Origin: Leucoraja ocellata
Taxonomy: Eukaryota
Assembly (NCBI GenBank): GCA_036785375.1
Contig: JAWMAR010000323.1
Span: 2,108,001-2,172,000, forward strand
Reading direction: 5' to 3'
Length of the DNA stretch: 64,000 nt
Within the stretch, counting starts at the first letter, position 1. The number at the start of each line of letters is the position of its first letter. Position numbers and translations under genes: made by a program. Shown here piece by piece: positions 23,905 through 37,231 of the stretch. The notes beneath the pieces are model-generated. The model was not told the origin of the DNA and did no database searches. It was given only the letters and a program-made list of their open reading frames with translations.

Positions 23905-24165
23905 GTGTCAGCTATGACTCAGTTGCTCGGATATTGTCCTTGTGTCAAACTTTGTGAACAAGGCTCTAATCCAAGTCTCCTGTGCAGTGCTGAGGGTGTG
24001 CTGAACTTTTGTCAGGCAGAGACATTAAGACAACTTGTTTGCTTTGGACAATAGCTTGATTATGAAGATAAATGGGTAACTATCTTCACACCGTGGCCAA
24101 TCTCTTCATATCTCAATTAATACCACCAATACGGAATATTTGTCATTATAATGTTGCTGTTGGTA
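23905..24165 (+). mobile_element. Old Deu-domain (SacSINE1-like) SINE remnant
   Basis: CAGTGCTGAGGG..., GGCCAAT...TCATTATAATGTTGCTGTT resemble the Deu core. Related pieces at ~30140-30390(-), 31345-31550(+), 36700-36935(+) and 41560-41720(-). Confidence 0.55.
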
Positions 24166-25800
24166 GTTGATTATCCGAAATTGGATCAAACTGCTCTACA
24201 CCGATATCCGTAGTGCAGTCCAAATCAATGGGTGGGAATCAGACAGCTTCCCCGTCTGGTCTGAGTCAGGCAGGGTTGCCCTCTCTCCCCTGTCTTGTTT
24301 GTCTGCTGTATTTAACCTTTTGCCAAGTCCATCAGGAAGGATGCGAGCATAAGAGGAGTGACATTGCCAGGCAGTGGGGGCACTCAAGTCAAATCCTCCC
24401 TGTACATGGATGATGTCGCCGACTTCTGCTCGGATCCAGGGTTGGTCTGCAGATTGATCAGCATCTGCAACCAGTTTGAGTCGGCCACGGGAGCCAGGGT
24501 GAACCGCAGGAAGAGCGAGACCATGCTCTTTGGCAACTGGCCCGACCGACCTTCCATCCCCTTCACCATCAAGCCTGACTTCTTGAAGGTGCTGGGGATC
24601 TGGTTCAGGGGGGCTGAGGCATGTAACAGGAATTGGCTGGAGCAGATAGCTAAGGTGGGGAAGAAGCTGGAGCTATGGAGGAAACACTCCCTCTCCATAA
24701 CGGGGAAAAATGTGGTCATCAGGTGTGAGGTGCTCACGGGGCTGCTGTACTTGGCACAAGTGTGGCCTGTCCCTCCCTCCTATGCCACAGGGATCACCCA
24801 GGCCGTCTTCCAGTTTATCTGGGGATCGAGGATGGACCGGGTGCGACGGGCCACAATGCACAAGTCGGCAGACAATGGGGGTAAATGAGTGCCCAACGTC
24901 GCCCTCACCCTGATGGCCACCTTCGTGTGTGGCTGCATCAGGCAGAGTGTAGATCCAAGGCACGTGGGCACCAAGTGTCACTACCTGCTAAGGTTCTACC
25001 TGTCCCCGGTGTTGCGAAGGATAGGCCTGGAGCAGATGCCACGGAATGTACCAGTCAGCTGGACATTGCTGCACCATCTGTCGTTTGTGGAAAGGTTCTT
25101 CCGGACCAACACCTTTGACCACATGTCCATTGGGCAGTGGTCAGCATGGAACGTCCTGCTGGCACTACAGGGAAAGGACTCCATGGATTCGGTGACGTGG
25201 TTCCCAGAGCAGACTGCCCAGCTTATTTGGCGAAATGCCTCATCACCAGAACTCACTAACAAGCACCAAGACCTGGTTTGGCTGGCAGTGAGGGGAGCCC
25301 TCCCAGTCAGATCCTTCCTGCACCGTCGGAACCTCACTACCAGCGCACGCTGCCCTCGGGACAGCTGCTATGGGGAGGAGATGGTTGCCCACCTCTTCGC
25401 AGAGTATAGATTTGCAAAGAGAGTCTGGAGAAGTATGCTCGGATCCCTGGCATGCTTTATCCCGAAGAGCTCCGTCACAGAACTCTGTGATTTACAGACT
25501 GTTCCCAGGGACACATTCAGAGACTGACATCGAGGGCTGCTTGAAGGTCATCAACTCAGTGAAAGACGCTCTTTGGTCTGTCCGAGCATTTTTCACCACC
25601 GGCAGAGCGAGATGTCCGTCAGGGAATGTTGCCGAATGGCCCGCTGCAAACTGCAGGACTACGTGCTGAGGCACGCACTGAAGCCTGGTGCAACCAACGC
25701 CAAGGCTTGGTGGGGGAGCACCACAGTCTAGGGTCCTTCCACTGCTGGACATGGGGGGCAGGGTGTGGTGGAGACGCCCCTCAAAATAATGGAAGGGATC
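24166..25800 (+). mobile_element. Tx1/L1-clade LINE ORF2 3' half (RT plus zf-RVT-like Cys/His motif), frameshifted
   Basis: WIKLLY, SLYMDD, LKVLGIWF, LSITGK, WLAVRGALPV, CPR..C..EE...HLF.E..FAKRVW. Confidence 0.88.
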
Positions 25801-26009
25801 CCATGGCAGGGATCCCACGACCTGAAACGTTGCCTATTTCCTTTGCTCCATAGATGCTTCCTCACCCGCTGAGTTCGACCACCGCTTCATCATTTTGCAC
25901 GTCATGCATGCATCAGCCACAGTCCTTCTGTAGGGTAACATTTACTTTTCCCCCCCACACTTAAGAATTAAATGATGAAGTTGGTGGCAATCAGGTCCTG
26001 ATTAGTTTA

Positions 26010-26104
26010 AGGTACACAAAAATGCTGGAGAAACTCAACGGGTGCAGCAGCATCTATGGAGCGAAGGAAGTAGGTAAAGTTTCGGGCCGAAACCCTTCTT
26101 CAGA
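26010..26104 (-). mobile_element. Penelope-like 3' repeat fragment
   Basis: Matches 6611-6705. Flanking duplication CTGATTAGTTTA at 25998-26009 and 26105-26116. Confidence 0.8.
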
Positions 26105-26109
26105 CTGAT

Positions 26110-26430
26110 TAGTTTAGTTCAGTTTAGAGAGACAGCGTGGAAACAGGACCTTCGGCCCACAGAGAACGCGCCGACCAGTGATCCCTACACATTAACACCG
26201 TCCTACACACACAAAGGACAATTCACATTTATACCAAGCCAATTAACCTACAAACCTGCACTTCTTTGGAATGTGTGAGGAAACCGAAGATCTCAGGGAA
26301 AACCCTCATAACCACGGGGAGACATACAAACTCCGTACAGACGGCACCCGTAGTAGGGATCAAACTCGGGTCTCTGGTGCTGCAAGTGTTGTAAGGCAGC
26401 AACTCTACCGCTGCACCACCGTGCTGCCCA
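26110..26430 (-). mobile_element. HE1-type SINE
   Basis: Head GGGCAGCACGGTGGTGCAGCGGTAGAG on minus, plus body and CR1-like tail. Confidence 0.88.
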
Positions 26431-27219
26431 TCATAACATCATTTGTTATACATGAGTCAGGCGCAGCCAACAATAACCCCAGTGTAAACCTAACAACCAA
26501 GAAAAGTGATGATAATGAAGAGAAAACCTCTTAACACAATTTAAAAAGCATAGTTTATGTCAAAGGGTGGTGAGTGGCATAGTTGGATTGGTAAGTTTCC
26601 AATGGCAGTTTTCCTTGCTCTGTAAGGGTTAGTTTAAACTTAATTTTAATTTAAAAGCTTAATTTTAAACAACTAAGTAGAGGGGGGAAGCAAACAAATA
26701 TGTGCGTGTGGGATTGTATTACAGTGTGAATATATCTGATCTGGGGAAAGGTTGTGGTGACCCAGGAATAAAGTGTTTATTTAGCATTCTTTATCATAAT
26801 CAAATCAAACAAATTTCTAAGAGATACAAGGAACTGCAGATGGTGGTTTCCAAAAAAAGACACAAAATGCTGGAGTAACTCAACGGGTCAGGATAACTTT
26901 GTTAATTTTCTTGAATAAACACCTGCATGGTCAGTCCCATTCAGAGCAATGGAACTAAATAGTTCAAACAAGTTCTTTGGATCAGTGGATATTATCTGAT
27001 GTTTATTTGTAGTGTATAAATTCACGGCAGCCTTTCTTGCATTCCAATAGTGATGACACTTTATGGACCTGATTGGGTGAATGGTGCTTAGGAATAACTG
27101 AAATTATAAAAGGAGCTAAATACAGACTTATCTCATTAGTTTACAAGTAATTTCAAGCCAATCAAAGCATTTAAGAATTATGCATTATGTGACAGAATTT
27201 GTTAAAATACATCAATGTG

Positions 27220-27455
27220 CAGAGTGCAGCACTTGTACAAAGTTCATGGTAGTAGGTTGTAGTTAGGATTGCACAGTGCAGTTCTAAAGATTGGTAGTTG
27301 TTGGGAAGAAGCTGCTTTTGAACTAGAGGTAAAGTCTCTCAGACTCGTGTATTTTCTTCTTGATGGTAACAGGGAGATGAGAGTGTAGTCAGGATGGTAC
27401 AGGTCTTTGATGATATTTGTTGCCTTCTGGAAGCTAAAATTCCTGTAGATCCCTG
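27220..27455 (-). mobile_element. Degraded Rex1/Babar-like 3' fragment
   Basis: Collinear with 20330-20520. Confidence 0.6.
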
Positions 27456-27464
27456 ATCACCACC

Positions 27465-27957
27465 AGGTGCCGCCTGTAATGGCTGCCGCACCAGCAGTCT
27501 GTCTTGTCCCTTCTCTGTTTTTATTATTTTAAGTATGTCTTGAATGTTTGTTTTAATGTCTCTTGGTATGTTTTATGTGGGGGATGCGGGACGGGGGGGG
27601 GGTTTTGTGGGGGAGAGGGAGTGGTGCGGCCTACAACGTGGAGTGGTGCGGCCTTTCCTGGAGACCGGCCCGGAGTTTCAAGCCACGGGTGCAGCGCGCG
27701 GACTTACCATCGCGGAGCCTGGGATCTTTTGCCGAGGATCGCCAGTGTTGGAGCTCCGACCGCGGGGCCTGTGGACTTTAACATTGTGAAGCAGTGGTCT
27801 CTAGTAAGAAGCGGCCGACTCGGGAGCTCCATGCCATGGATGTTCTGATCCATCCTGACGCTGGAGTTTCGATCATCCCGACGAGAGGGCTTGAACAGCG
27901 GACCGTCGGCAATGGCCCCGTTTAAAGCCCCTACCATGGGTGAACAAAGGAGGAAGA
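27465..27957. repeat. CpG-rich unclassified interspersed repeat
   Basis: Abrupt GC/CpG-rich block in AT-rich context. Its start resembles 29700-29870. Confidence 0.45.
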
Positions 27958-29383
27958 TATTTATTGCATATGGCATGCAAAGCCTAACGTTGTAGGTCAA
28001 GGGTAGACATGCAGGCCAGGACAGCATCAGTTACTGGGTGGATGGCTTTGATGCCACCAGGGAAAAGCCTCAGCGAGCAGTCATTCATGATGTGTGGGAT
28101 GGTCTGGTCTGGATGTCCACAATCGCAAGCAGGGCTGTCTGCCATCTCCCACTAATGCAGGTCTATTCTTCCATGGATGGTGCGGATTCTGTTCAGGTTT
28201 AGCCATTGTTTGAGATGGAGGCCAAATCCTGGTTGCTTTCAATGCATTAACATCCTTCTGCAAATAAAGGGCCTGAAGTAGTCAATGTGAATGACCTGAA
28301 CAATGGACCATTAAAAATGCCTCACCGTGCTTTCTGGGTTACAGGACATTGATCAGCATGTATCAATGTAATTTTGATCTGACGTACAGATGCTTCAATC
28401 ACTCATTGAGATGCTTCAAATTGCTTGATTATGGTTTTGTGTTATTCAATTTCTGTGATGCTGAAAGGGTTAAAATCATTCATTTTCTTTCTGCTCTGTA
28501 ATATAAAATCAAACCACTGGAAATTCATAATCCAATTTAGAAATAAAGTAGCTTCAAATCCGTACTGATTTTGTACCTGATTATGTTCCGCGAAACTAGC
28601 TGTGGGAAAAGAATTGTCAATCATTCCAACAATAATGCCCTGACATTTCACCATGGGATATTAATGTACAAACATTTAGTTTGACAGAAGTTTCTCTCTT
28701 TTTTGCTATTTTATCCTTTATTTTTAAATGGAAATGTGCTTTCATTAAATTAATAGTCTGAAAGTTGCAATCATCAAGCATACTGAAAAAAATTTGTTCA
28801 CTAAGATCTCTGTGATGTCAATGTCAGATCTCAAAGTCACTATCAATTAAATGTCAATCACATGGCAATCAGCAGCAATTACGTCTTCAAACAGGCAGGA
28901 CAGCCAACCAGTTTGAAGTGTTAAAAAGATATTTGTTATTAATATTATCCAACTGCTTAATGTTTTCCAAATTAAGTAGTTGGATAAAACACTGGCGCAC
29001 ACACACATAAATTGAAATATCTCCAAGCATATGAGAATATATATTATTTTCAATGTTTTAAAATAATTCATTTTGGTTTATTTCATATGGCTATTGAAGT
29101 CCACACAGAGAAGTTTATTTTTTACAAAAGAGAAATTTTAGCAAAATTATGATTCATTTAACTTTAAAATTTAGTTACATCTCTTTCAACAACCCATAAT
29201 ATTTTCAGTAATTTTCCAGTGAAATTTGTTTGTAAATTCATTGATTTCACTAAATAATGATACAATAGCTCCTCATGAACGATAAACAGCAGGATATCCT
29301 ATTTCCTACATTTATTGTAGCTGCATATGTACATACCTCAGACGTTTATATTAGATTTTCTTTATCAGTCAATGTCATAGCCT

Positions 29384-29510
29384 CAAAAAGCTGGAGGACC
29401 ATAGAGGTCTCGACCCAAAACGTCATCCATTCCTTCTCTCCAGCTGAGTTACTCCAGCTTTTTGTGTCTATCTTCGGTTTAAACCAGCATCTGCAGTTCC
29501 TTCTTACACA
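29384..29510 (+). mobile_element. Penelope-like 3' repeat with short inverted stub
   Basis: Antisense stub CAAAAAGCTGGAG, then the sense repeat and tail. Imperfect flanking duplication AATGTCA(A)TAG. Confidence 0.7.
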
Positions 29511-29743
29511 AATGTCAATAGGCTTACTGTTACATGACAATACAAATACAATTGTAACAATCAAGGGATATGGGGGGAAAAGCAGGGACGGGGTAGTGAT
29601 TTTAGATGATCAGCCATGATTATATTGAACGGCTGTGCCGGCTCAAAGGACCAAATGGCCTACTCCTGCATCTATTTTTCTATGTTTCAATACAAGTTTT
29701 AAATTTGATTTTTGTTTTGATTTTAGTGTGTCTTAAAGTGTGT

Positions 29744-29774
<31 letters not shown>

Positions 29775-29879
29775 GGGGGGGGCTAGAGGGGAATAGGGGG
29801 AAAACTGTTTTTCGGTTGCTTGCCTCGACGGAATGTGACTTTTCTTCATGTCACAATTTCGCTCTCTTGTCTCTCAGTT

Positions 29880-30052
29880 TGGATTGGTGCGGTGAAGAAT
29901 GTTGATTCCACTGTGGTGGATGTTCACGTTGTATTCTATTGTGTATTGTGCTCTTTTTGATTGTATGGCTGCAAGGTAAGTCAAATTCCACTGAACCATA
30001 ACTGGTGCATGTGGCAATAAATGTGAATGTGAACGTGAACTTGAACTTGAAA
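29880..30052 (+). mobile_element. Rex1/Babar-like LINE 3' UTR with (TGAAC/TGAAT)n tail
   Basis: GCAATAAA followed by TGTGAATGTGAACGTGAACTTGAACTTGAA. Similar tails at 31250-31324 and 63660-63790(-). Confidence 0.55.
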
Positions 30053-30604
30053 ACCAAGACAATTTGTCTTGAGTTTATAACTGCATGTAGAATGGTGCTA
30101 CAAAAAATGAAATAATCACATTTCCAAAGTACCTTCCACTTGCCTTTTAAGACATCCTGATGGATTGTATAGGCAATGGAGCAATTTTACAGTTATAATG
30201 CAGAAAATGTGATAGCCAATTTGTGTGTAGCAAGCTTCCATTATTTGAGCATAATATTCACCCAGAAAAAACACCCAGTAATGATGTTCAGATAATCTGT
30301 TTTTCATTGATGTTGCTTGAGGATAAATATTGATGAGGATTATTCCCTGGTCATTTCCCGAATAACACATTAGGATTATTCTTACATCCATTCACTGCCA
30401 AGGAACCAAAGCAAGCTGTAGTTCCTCTTGTGATCTACTAGTTCAGCGCACAGTTCTTTGTTACCTTTTTAAATGGTACATTTCTCTATCATTGATAAAA
30501 TTGCAGTATTCACAAATGCTATGCTACTCACACATGTAATTTCCAGAGAGCCTCGTTAATGATTTGATCCATGATATCTCCTGAAATAGCTGATTTCTTT
30601 AGAC

Positions 30605-31045
30605 CCTAGACTTTGCAGATATAGCATGGAAACAGGCCTTTTGGACCACTGACTCCGTACCGACCCTCAATAAGCCCATACAGTAACACTATCCTATACA
30701 CTAGGGATAATTTGCAGAAGCCAATTAACCTACAGACCTGAAGGAAGGAACTGGAGATGCTAGTATGTATCAAAGGTAGACAAAATGCTGGAGTAACTCA
30801 GTGTGAAGGCAGCATCTTTGGAGAAAAGGAATAGGTGACATTTCGGGTCGGAACCCATCTTCAGATTGAAAGATAGAGGTGGGGGAGAGCGAATCTGGAG
30901 GCGAGAAAAGGCCAGAACAAATCAGAGCCGGCAACAGATGACCTCGGGTTAGATGTCTCCATCTAACCTACAAAACCTGTAAATCGATGGAGTGTGGGAG
31001 AAAACTGGAGCACCTGGAAAAACCCCAGGATCAATGGGAACATGT
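30605..31045 (-). mobile_element. HE1-type SINE interrupted by a Penelope-like fragment (30741-30964)
   Basis: The SINE motif AACCTACA..ACCTG is duplicated on both sides of the PLE piece, which carries the hammerhead-like core at ~30836-30866. Confidence 0.75.
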
Positions 31046-32059
31046 GAAATGCAGCAGATGGAGATACAGGAATACCATCTTTAAAATAACTTTTGGCTGT
31101 TCAGATCGAAAACCAAAATTAAAAACAGTTGCAAGCAAAAATTACCAAGCCAAAAATTTACACCACTGTCATTAATATGGTTTTGTATTTTGTTTAATTA
31201 CATACAGCTCATTATAGCCCATTTAATTACATACAGCTCATTATAGCCCCTAGCAGCAAGTAAGAATTTCATTGTCCCATCCGGGACATATGACAATAAA
31301 ACACTCTTGACTCTTGACTCTTGATTTAAAGGACTACATAACAAAAGCAGACTTCTCCTTCATGTCCTGTTGAGCATTTATCCCTCATTCAACATCAGTG
31401 AATCAAATTATCTGCTCGTTATCGCATTGTTCTTCGTGGGACCTTGCTGTGTACAGTTTGGCTGCTATGTTACCTCAGTGGCAACAATTCAAAAGTATTC
31501 AATTAGCTGCACAGCACTTTGGTTGTTGTGAAAAGCATAGATAAAATCTTAATCCTCCCTCACATAAGAATGAAATGGTGCAGTGGGGCAATCAGGTGCT
31601 GATTCGTGAGCCAGGCACAGCCAGCAGTAACCGCAGTGCTAACTTAACTAAGAAATACGATGATGATTAGAAAATCTCAAAGTAAAATATAAAAGCTTGG
31701 TTTAAGTCAAAGAAGCATCGTTGGATCGCAATACAAGTTCCCCAAGGCAGTTTTTGTTCTTGCAAGCATTAGTGAGAAGTTTAGTTTTAAACAACTGAGT
31801 AAGTAGACGGGGAAGCAAACTAATGCGTGGTTGTGGGGTTGTATTACAGTGTGATCTGGGGAAGAGTTGTGGTGAACCAGGAATAAAATATTAATTTAGC
31901 ATTCCTTGTTAGAATGTATTTAAACAAAATTCAAATTACCGGTATGGTAATTTTCTTCAAAGTACACCTGCTCAGACAGTCCTCACTCAGAGCAGGGGAG
32001 TAGGCTGTTTCTCTGAGCAGGCGCTCAGTCTGCAAAGGCCTACTGAATCACCCAGGAAC

Positions 32060-32470
32060 TAATCATTTTAACAATCCTTCCCATTCCACACTGGCCATTC
32101 TGTCCTGGGCCTCCTCCATTGACAGAGTGAAACCACATGCAAACTGGAGGAACTGCACCTCGTATTCCGCTTGAGTAGCTCAATGGTATGAACATTGAAT
32201 TCTCCAAGTTTAGATAATCTCTCACTAACCAACCCCCCCTCCCCCCCTCCCTCCCCCCAGACAACCAACTTTCACCCACACAGTCCTCCCATTCTCTCTC
32301 TCTGTCTCCCCACCCTTCCTCCCTTGGGCTCTATCTAGACTCCCACCTATTTGGACTCCCACCTATTTCTCCCATCCACTCACCCATTCCAACCCTTCCT
32401 GCAACTTTCCTGCCTCTAACAATCTGTTAAACCTTTTTAAACCTGTCTCTCACCTTACTTCCTTTCTTTT
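32060..32470 (+). mobile_element. Penelope-like GIY-YIG 3' fragment and pyrimidine-rich UTR
   Basis: KLEELHLVFRL and GMNIEFSKF, as at 1085-1160. Confidence 0.75.
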
Positions 32471-32487
32471 TCATGAGTCAAGAGTGT

Positions 32488-32770
32488 TTTAGTTTAGTTT
32501 AGAGATACAGCGTGGAAACAGGTCCCTTCAACCCACCGAGTTCGTGTAGACCGGCCACCAATTACTCGTACACTAGTTGTATCCTACACACTAGGGCCAA
32601 TGTACAAAAGCTAATTAATGTACAAACCTGCACGTCTTTGGAATGTGGGAAGAAGCTCCATCACCCACAGAAGACCCACGCAGTCACAGGGAGAATGTGC
32701 AAACTCAACCCAGGCAGCACGCAAGGTCAGGATCGAACCCGGGACTGGCGCTGTGAAGCAGTGGCTCTGT
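32488..32770 (-). mobile_element. HE1-type SINE
   Basis: Same head, body and tail as 26110-26430. Confidence 0.85.
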
Positions 32771-33097
32771 GCCCCTCTGTTAAGTTACTCCAGCACTTTG
32801 TGTCCTCTTTGTTTTTTAAATTCAAAATGACCACATTAATTTACATGTTAGAATTTTAAGACAATCTAAGTTTAGGAAATATTAGATTACAAATTTAGCA
32901 TTATGTGACAGACATTGTTAAAATCTGTCCAGTTGTTAAACTCAGTAAGGTGTTTTATGTGCTAACAATGCACCATGAAATTAGAGGCAAGTCTTTCATG
33001 TATCTAGTGAGCATATAGAAGCTGATCACTGAATAGAGTTGTTAAATGGCCTCAAATTATGGTATTGGTGTTGTTGTGAACAAACAAAATACCAGAT

Positions 33098-34250
33098 CAA
33101 AGGGAGGCTACAGATTTTTGGCTGTTGAGTAGAGCAACTACTCGTGGATAAAAACTGTTTTTAAGTCTGGCTGTGGCAGCTTTGACAGTCCGGAGTTGCC
33201 TTCCAGAGGGAAGTGATTCAAAGAGTTTGTGGCCAGGGAGAGAGGGGTGAGAGATGATCTTGCCTATTCCGCTTCCTAGCCCTTGCTGTGTACAGTTCGT
33301 CAATGGAGGGAAGATTGCAGCCAATAACCTTCTCTGCTGATCGGACGATTTGCTGCAGCCTCCAGATGTCGTGCTTGGTGGCTGAGCCAAACCAGATCAT
33401 GATGAAGAAGGTGAGAACAGACTCTATGATGGCAGTATAGAATCGTTGCCTGTGGCAGATTGAGCTTCCTCAGCTGCCGTAGGAAGTACATCCTCTGTTG
33501 TGCCTTTTTGACTGTGGAGTCGATGGTAGCCCCCCATTTAAGGTCCTTGGAGATGATGGTTCCCAGGAACTTAAAAGACTCCGCAGTTGTGACTGTGGTG
33601 TTGTTGATGGTGAGTGGGGTAAGGGGAGGGGGAGCTCTCCTAAAGTCTACAATCAAGTCCACTGTCTTCAGAGCATTGAGCTCAAGGTTGTAACGATGGC
33701 ACCAGGATGGCAGCTGTGTCACTTCCTGTCTGTAGGCAGATTCCTCCCCATCCTGGGTCACTCCAATCAGGGTTGTGTCATCCGCAAACTTGAGAAGCTT
33801 GACAGAGGCGTCTGTGGAGTTGCAATCGTTGGTGTAGAGAGAGGAGAGGAAAGAGTACACAGCCTTGTTTGTCCGGTGCAGGAGTTGCAGTTCATCCACT
33901 TTGTTCTTGAGAGAACGTACGTTTGCCAGGAATATGCTCGGGAGTGCTGTGCGTGATCCTCGTCGCCGGGGTCGGGTGAGTGCTCCAGAGTGCTTCCCAT
34001 GGGTCCTCCTCTGTCTCAAGACCTTGAACGCAGCCACAGCCCCGCCGACGAATATGTCCAAATAATCCAGCGAGTGAGAGAAATCCGGAACGATGTTTGG
34101 AGGTACTGCATGTCCGATGTTTATGAGTACCTCTCTTGTGAAAGTGATCTTTGTAGGGTGTTCACAGACGACACAAACGGACATACAAAACAGCAAGGAG
34201 CAGTACACCGTGGCCGCGATCGTCGGTGCCAGCAGCAGCAAGCAGCCTAA
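33098..34250 (-). mobile_element. Rex1/Babar-like LINE with a large internal deletion
   Basis: ORF 33300-34277 joins LPSIFLANVRSLKNKVDEL (APE start) in frame to SLYTNDC...KFADDTT...FKFLG...KKAQQRMYFLRQL (RT end). Confidence 0.88.
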
Positions 34251-35274
34251 TCTGAGCTTTAATACCTTCTTTGGCATTATATAAAGATGTCTATTAGGCC
34301 TGGGAAAGAGCCATGGTGTGCAAGCTTTCCATCTGCTTCCAGGAAGGCACCTTCAATAAAGTCCTGATGTATTTTTCTCTTGCTGCCAAAATCTCATTGC
34401 CCACGTCCATCCTTCTGAGTGAATAGCCATCCACATTCCATCTTCCCAATCAGCATCTAATAAAGCTTTGCCCAGTCATATCCTGAAATTCAAGCTGAAA
34501 TCTCCCAGAGTATCCTCTCCCCCAATTCTTTCCCTAATGTGCTGTCCACATTCCTCTCCCAACATAACCTTGTCATATACACCAAATGTTGGAGTTACTC
34601 AGCGGGTCAGGCAGCATCCCTGGAGAAAGGGAATAGGTGATGTTTTGGGTTGAGACCCTTCTTCTGATTGGTGATTCCTTGAATCCTTGGGATTTTGTCC
34701 CAACATACCTCTCTATGAAGTCCCCCCTCAAACTTTGCCCTGTTTGTTCTTCTCCCCAACACACACCACAATCATCTCCCTAACACTTTCCAAGACATAA
34801 TTTCTCAGCAACAGAGCTATGTAATAATCTATTAAACACTTCCAAACTCTCACCCTGAGATTCTCTCCCTAACACACACTTGTGCTACTTTCCCCAATGC
34901 ACCTTCCATGATCTTCACCCCAACATGCCTACTGCTGTTCTTTCCTCAACACTCCCTCTCTCCCACAGCACACAAATCCCTTCTCATCCAGCCTGGAATT
35001 TATCCCTTTCCATAGTGTTCAATCTAGTCACTTCCATGACTGTGAGCCCCATAAATTTAAAAAGTGGAACTTAAAAGGGAAAAACTATTTTTGCAGGCAC
35101 AGGTCTACCCCAGATAAGGCAGAGTTCTCTTCTTGAGAACAGTTCATAGCCCTAATAATGTACGCTGGAAATAGTGCAGTGTACTGAGTTGCCACACAGC
35201 AAAGATACCCGCAGCTCTGCAACAGCCAGCAAATCCATCCCACAAATCTCCCAAATATTCATTCATGTTCATTG

Positions 35275-36385
35275 TTAGGTTAGATCACATGGGATCCAAG
35301 GAGGGATAGTTGAATGGATAGCAAATTGGCTCCATGGAAGGAAGCCGAGGGTAATGGTGGAAGGTTGCTTCTCGGACTGGAGGCCTGTGACTAGTGGCGT
35401 GCCTCAGGGTTCGGTGCTGGGCCCGTTATTGTTTGTCATCTACATCAATGCTTTGGATGAGAACATGCAGGGCAAGATTAGCAAGTTTGCTTATGATACA
35501 AAAGTGAGTGGTTTAGCAGATAGTGAAGATGGTTGTGAAATATTGCAGCAGGATCTGGACTGATTGGCCAGATGGGCGGAGGATGATTGATGGAATTTAA
35601 TACATAGTGTGAAATGTTGCATTTTGGGATGTTGAACAAGGGCAGGATCTACACAGTAAATGGTAGGTCTCTGGGTAGTTTTGTAGAGCAGAGGGGTCTA
35701 GGAGTACAGGTGCATGGTTCCTTGAAGGCCAAGTCGCAGGTGGATAAGGTGGTCACAATGGCTTTTGGCACTTTGGCCTTCATCAGTCAGAGTATTGAGT
35801 ATAGAATTTGGGAGGTCATGTTGCAGTTGTATAAGACGTTGGTGAAACCGCATTTAGAATATTGTGTTGTTCTGGGCACCATGTTATAAGAAAGATATTG
35901 TCAAGCTTGAAAGGGTTCAGAAAAGATTTACGAGGATGTTGCCAGACTAGAGGGTGTGAGTTATAGGGAGAGGTTGAGTAGGCTGGGTCTCTATTCCTTG
36001 GAGTACAGGAGGATGAGGGGTGATCTTATAGAGGTGTACAAAATCATGAGAGGAACAGATCGGGTAGATGCACAACGTCTCTTGCCCTGAGTAGGACCAG
36101 AGGACATAGGTTCAAGGTGAAGGGGAAAAGATGTAATAGGAATACGAGGGGTAACTTTTTCATACAAAGGGTGGTGGGTGTATGGAACAAGCTGCCAGAA
36201 GAGGTAGTTGAGGCTGGGACTATCCCATCATTTAAGAAACAGTAAGACAGGTATATGGATAGGACAGGTTTGGAGGGATATGGACCAAGTTCAGGCAAGT
36301 GGGACTAGTGTAGCTGGGACTTGTTGGCCGGTGTGGGCAAGTTGGGCTGAAGGGCCTGTTTCCACACAGTATCACTCTATGACTA
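35275..36385 (+). mobile_element. CR1-type LINE 3' part
   Basis: VTSGVPQGSVLGPLLF.IYIN, KFAYD, LYKTLVKPHLEYC, followed by the 3' UTR. Confidence 0.93.
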
Positions 36386-37231
36386 TATACGGGCTGTAGA
36401 TAAGTAGGGCATTTATAAGCTGGGAAGAACCTGTATCATAGTGGAGGGCTTGCTCTGCACCATAAAATGTGGGTGTTATTCACATTTTCTCACAAAATTT
36501 GGGTTCACTCCAACAATCATTTTCCACATGACACCACTATAACACAGGCTTTGAGGCTCACTACAATTGTTACATTAGGTATTTTTCCCCCAAAATGTTC
36601 AACCAATTCTAAATATTTTTTGTTTGTCTTAATATGGCCTATCATGTGAAAATTAGCTTTGTAATCTTGTAATGTGTGTTTTGGCGCTAAAAAAAATGTC
36701 CTCAATATCCTGAAGGTTAAATAAGGTTCCATGTGTCCTCTCAAGTGGAAGTGGAATATTCTATGTGGGAACAGGATTAAGGTCAAAATTTATCACTCAT
36801 TCTCACATTACTGTGTTGAGAGCTTTCCATGTGTGGATTGTCTGCCACTTTACATCAGCACAAATGCTTCAGAAGCACTTAATTGGGTGTAAATTGCTTT
36901 GAGATTCTTTTATGGTATTTTATAAATCCAAGCTTTTTCTGCCTTTTTGTAGCTGTCAATATTTGAAGAAATCTCTCCTCTTTCCACTTTTCAGATTTAA
37001 CATTTTTATATGAAGTAATGCCTGGCTCACCTGAAACTGTCCAAGTTGCTCTCTCTTCACAAATGTAGTATACGTGTGCTTACTTAATTGAACTGTGAGT
37101 GATGTCCAGGATACTGAGAAGTGGGACTTTTATTAATTGCAACAACATTTTATGCCAATCTCACCCATATGCTTCAGATTGTGCTTTGGGATTTTGGTCT
37201 TCGCTGTGTGCTAAGACTGCATATGCATTTT

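Noticed and set aside
31193-31249. Short tandem duplications (29 bp here, also ~32338-32368, ~38906-38942 and 43785-43814)
   Set aside because: Two-copy local slippage or repair duplications with no further structure.
33300-34277. 325-aa ORF with a hydrophobic N-terminus as a novel or domesticated gene
   Set aside because: In-frame junction of Rex1/Babar APE-start and RT-end sequence through an internal deletion, with a frameshifted C-terminus.
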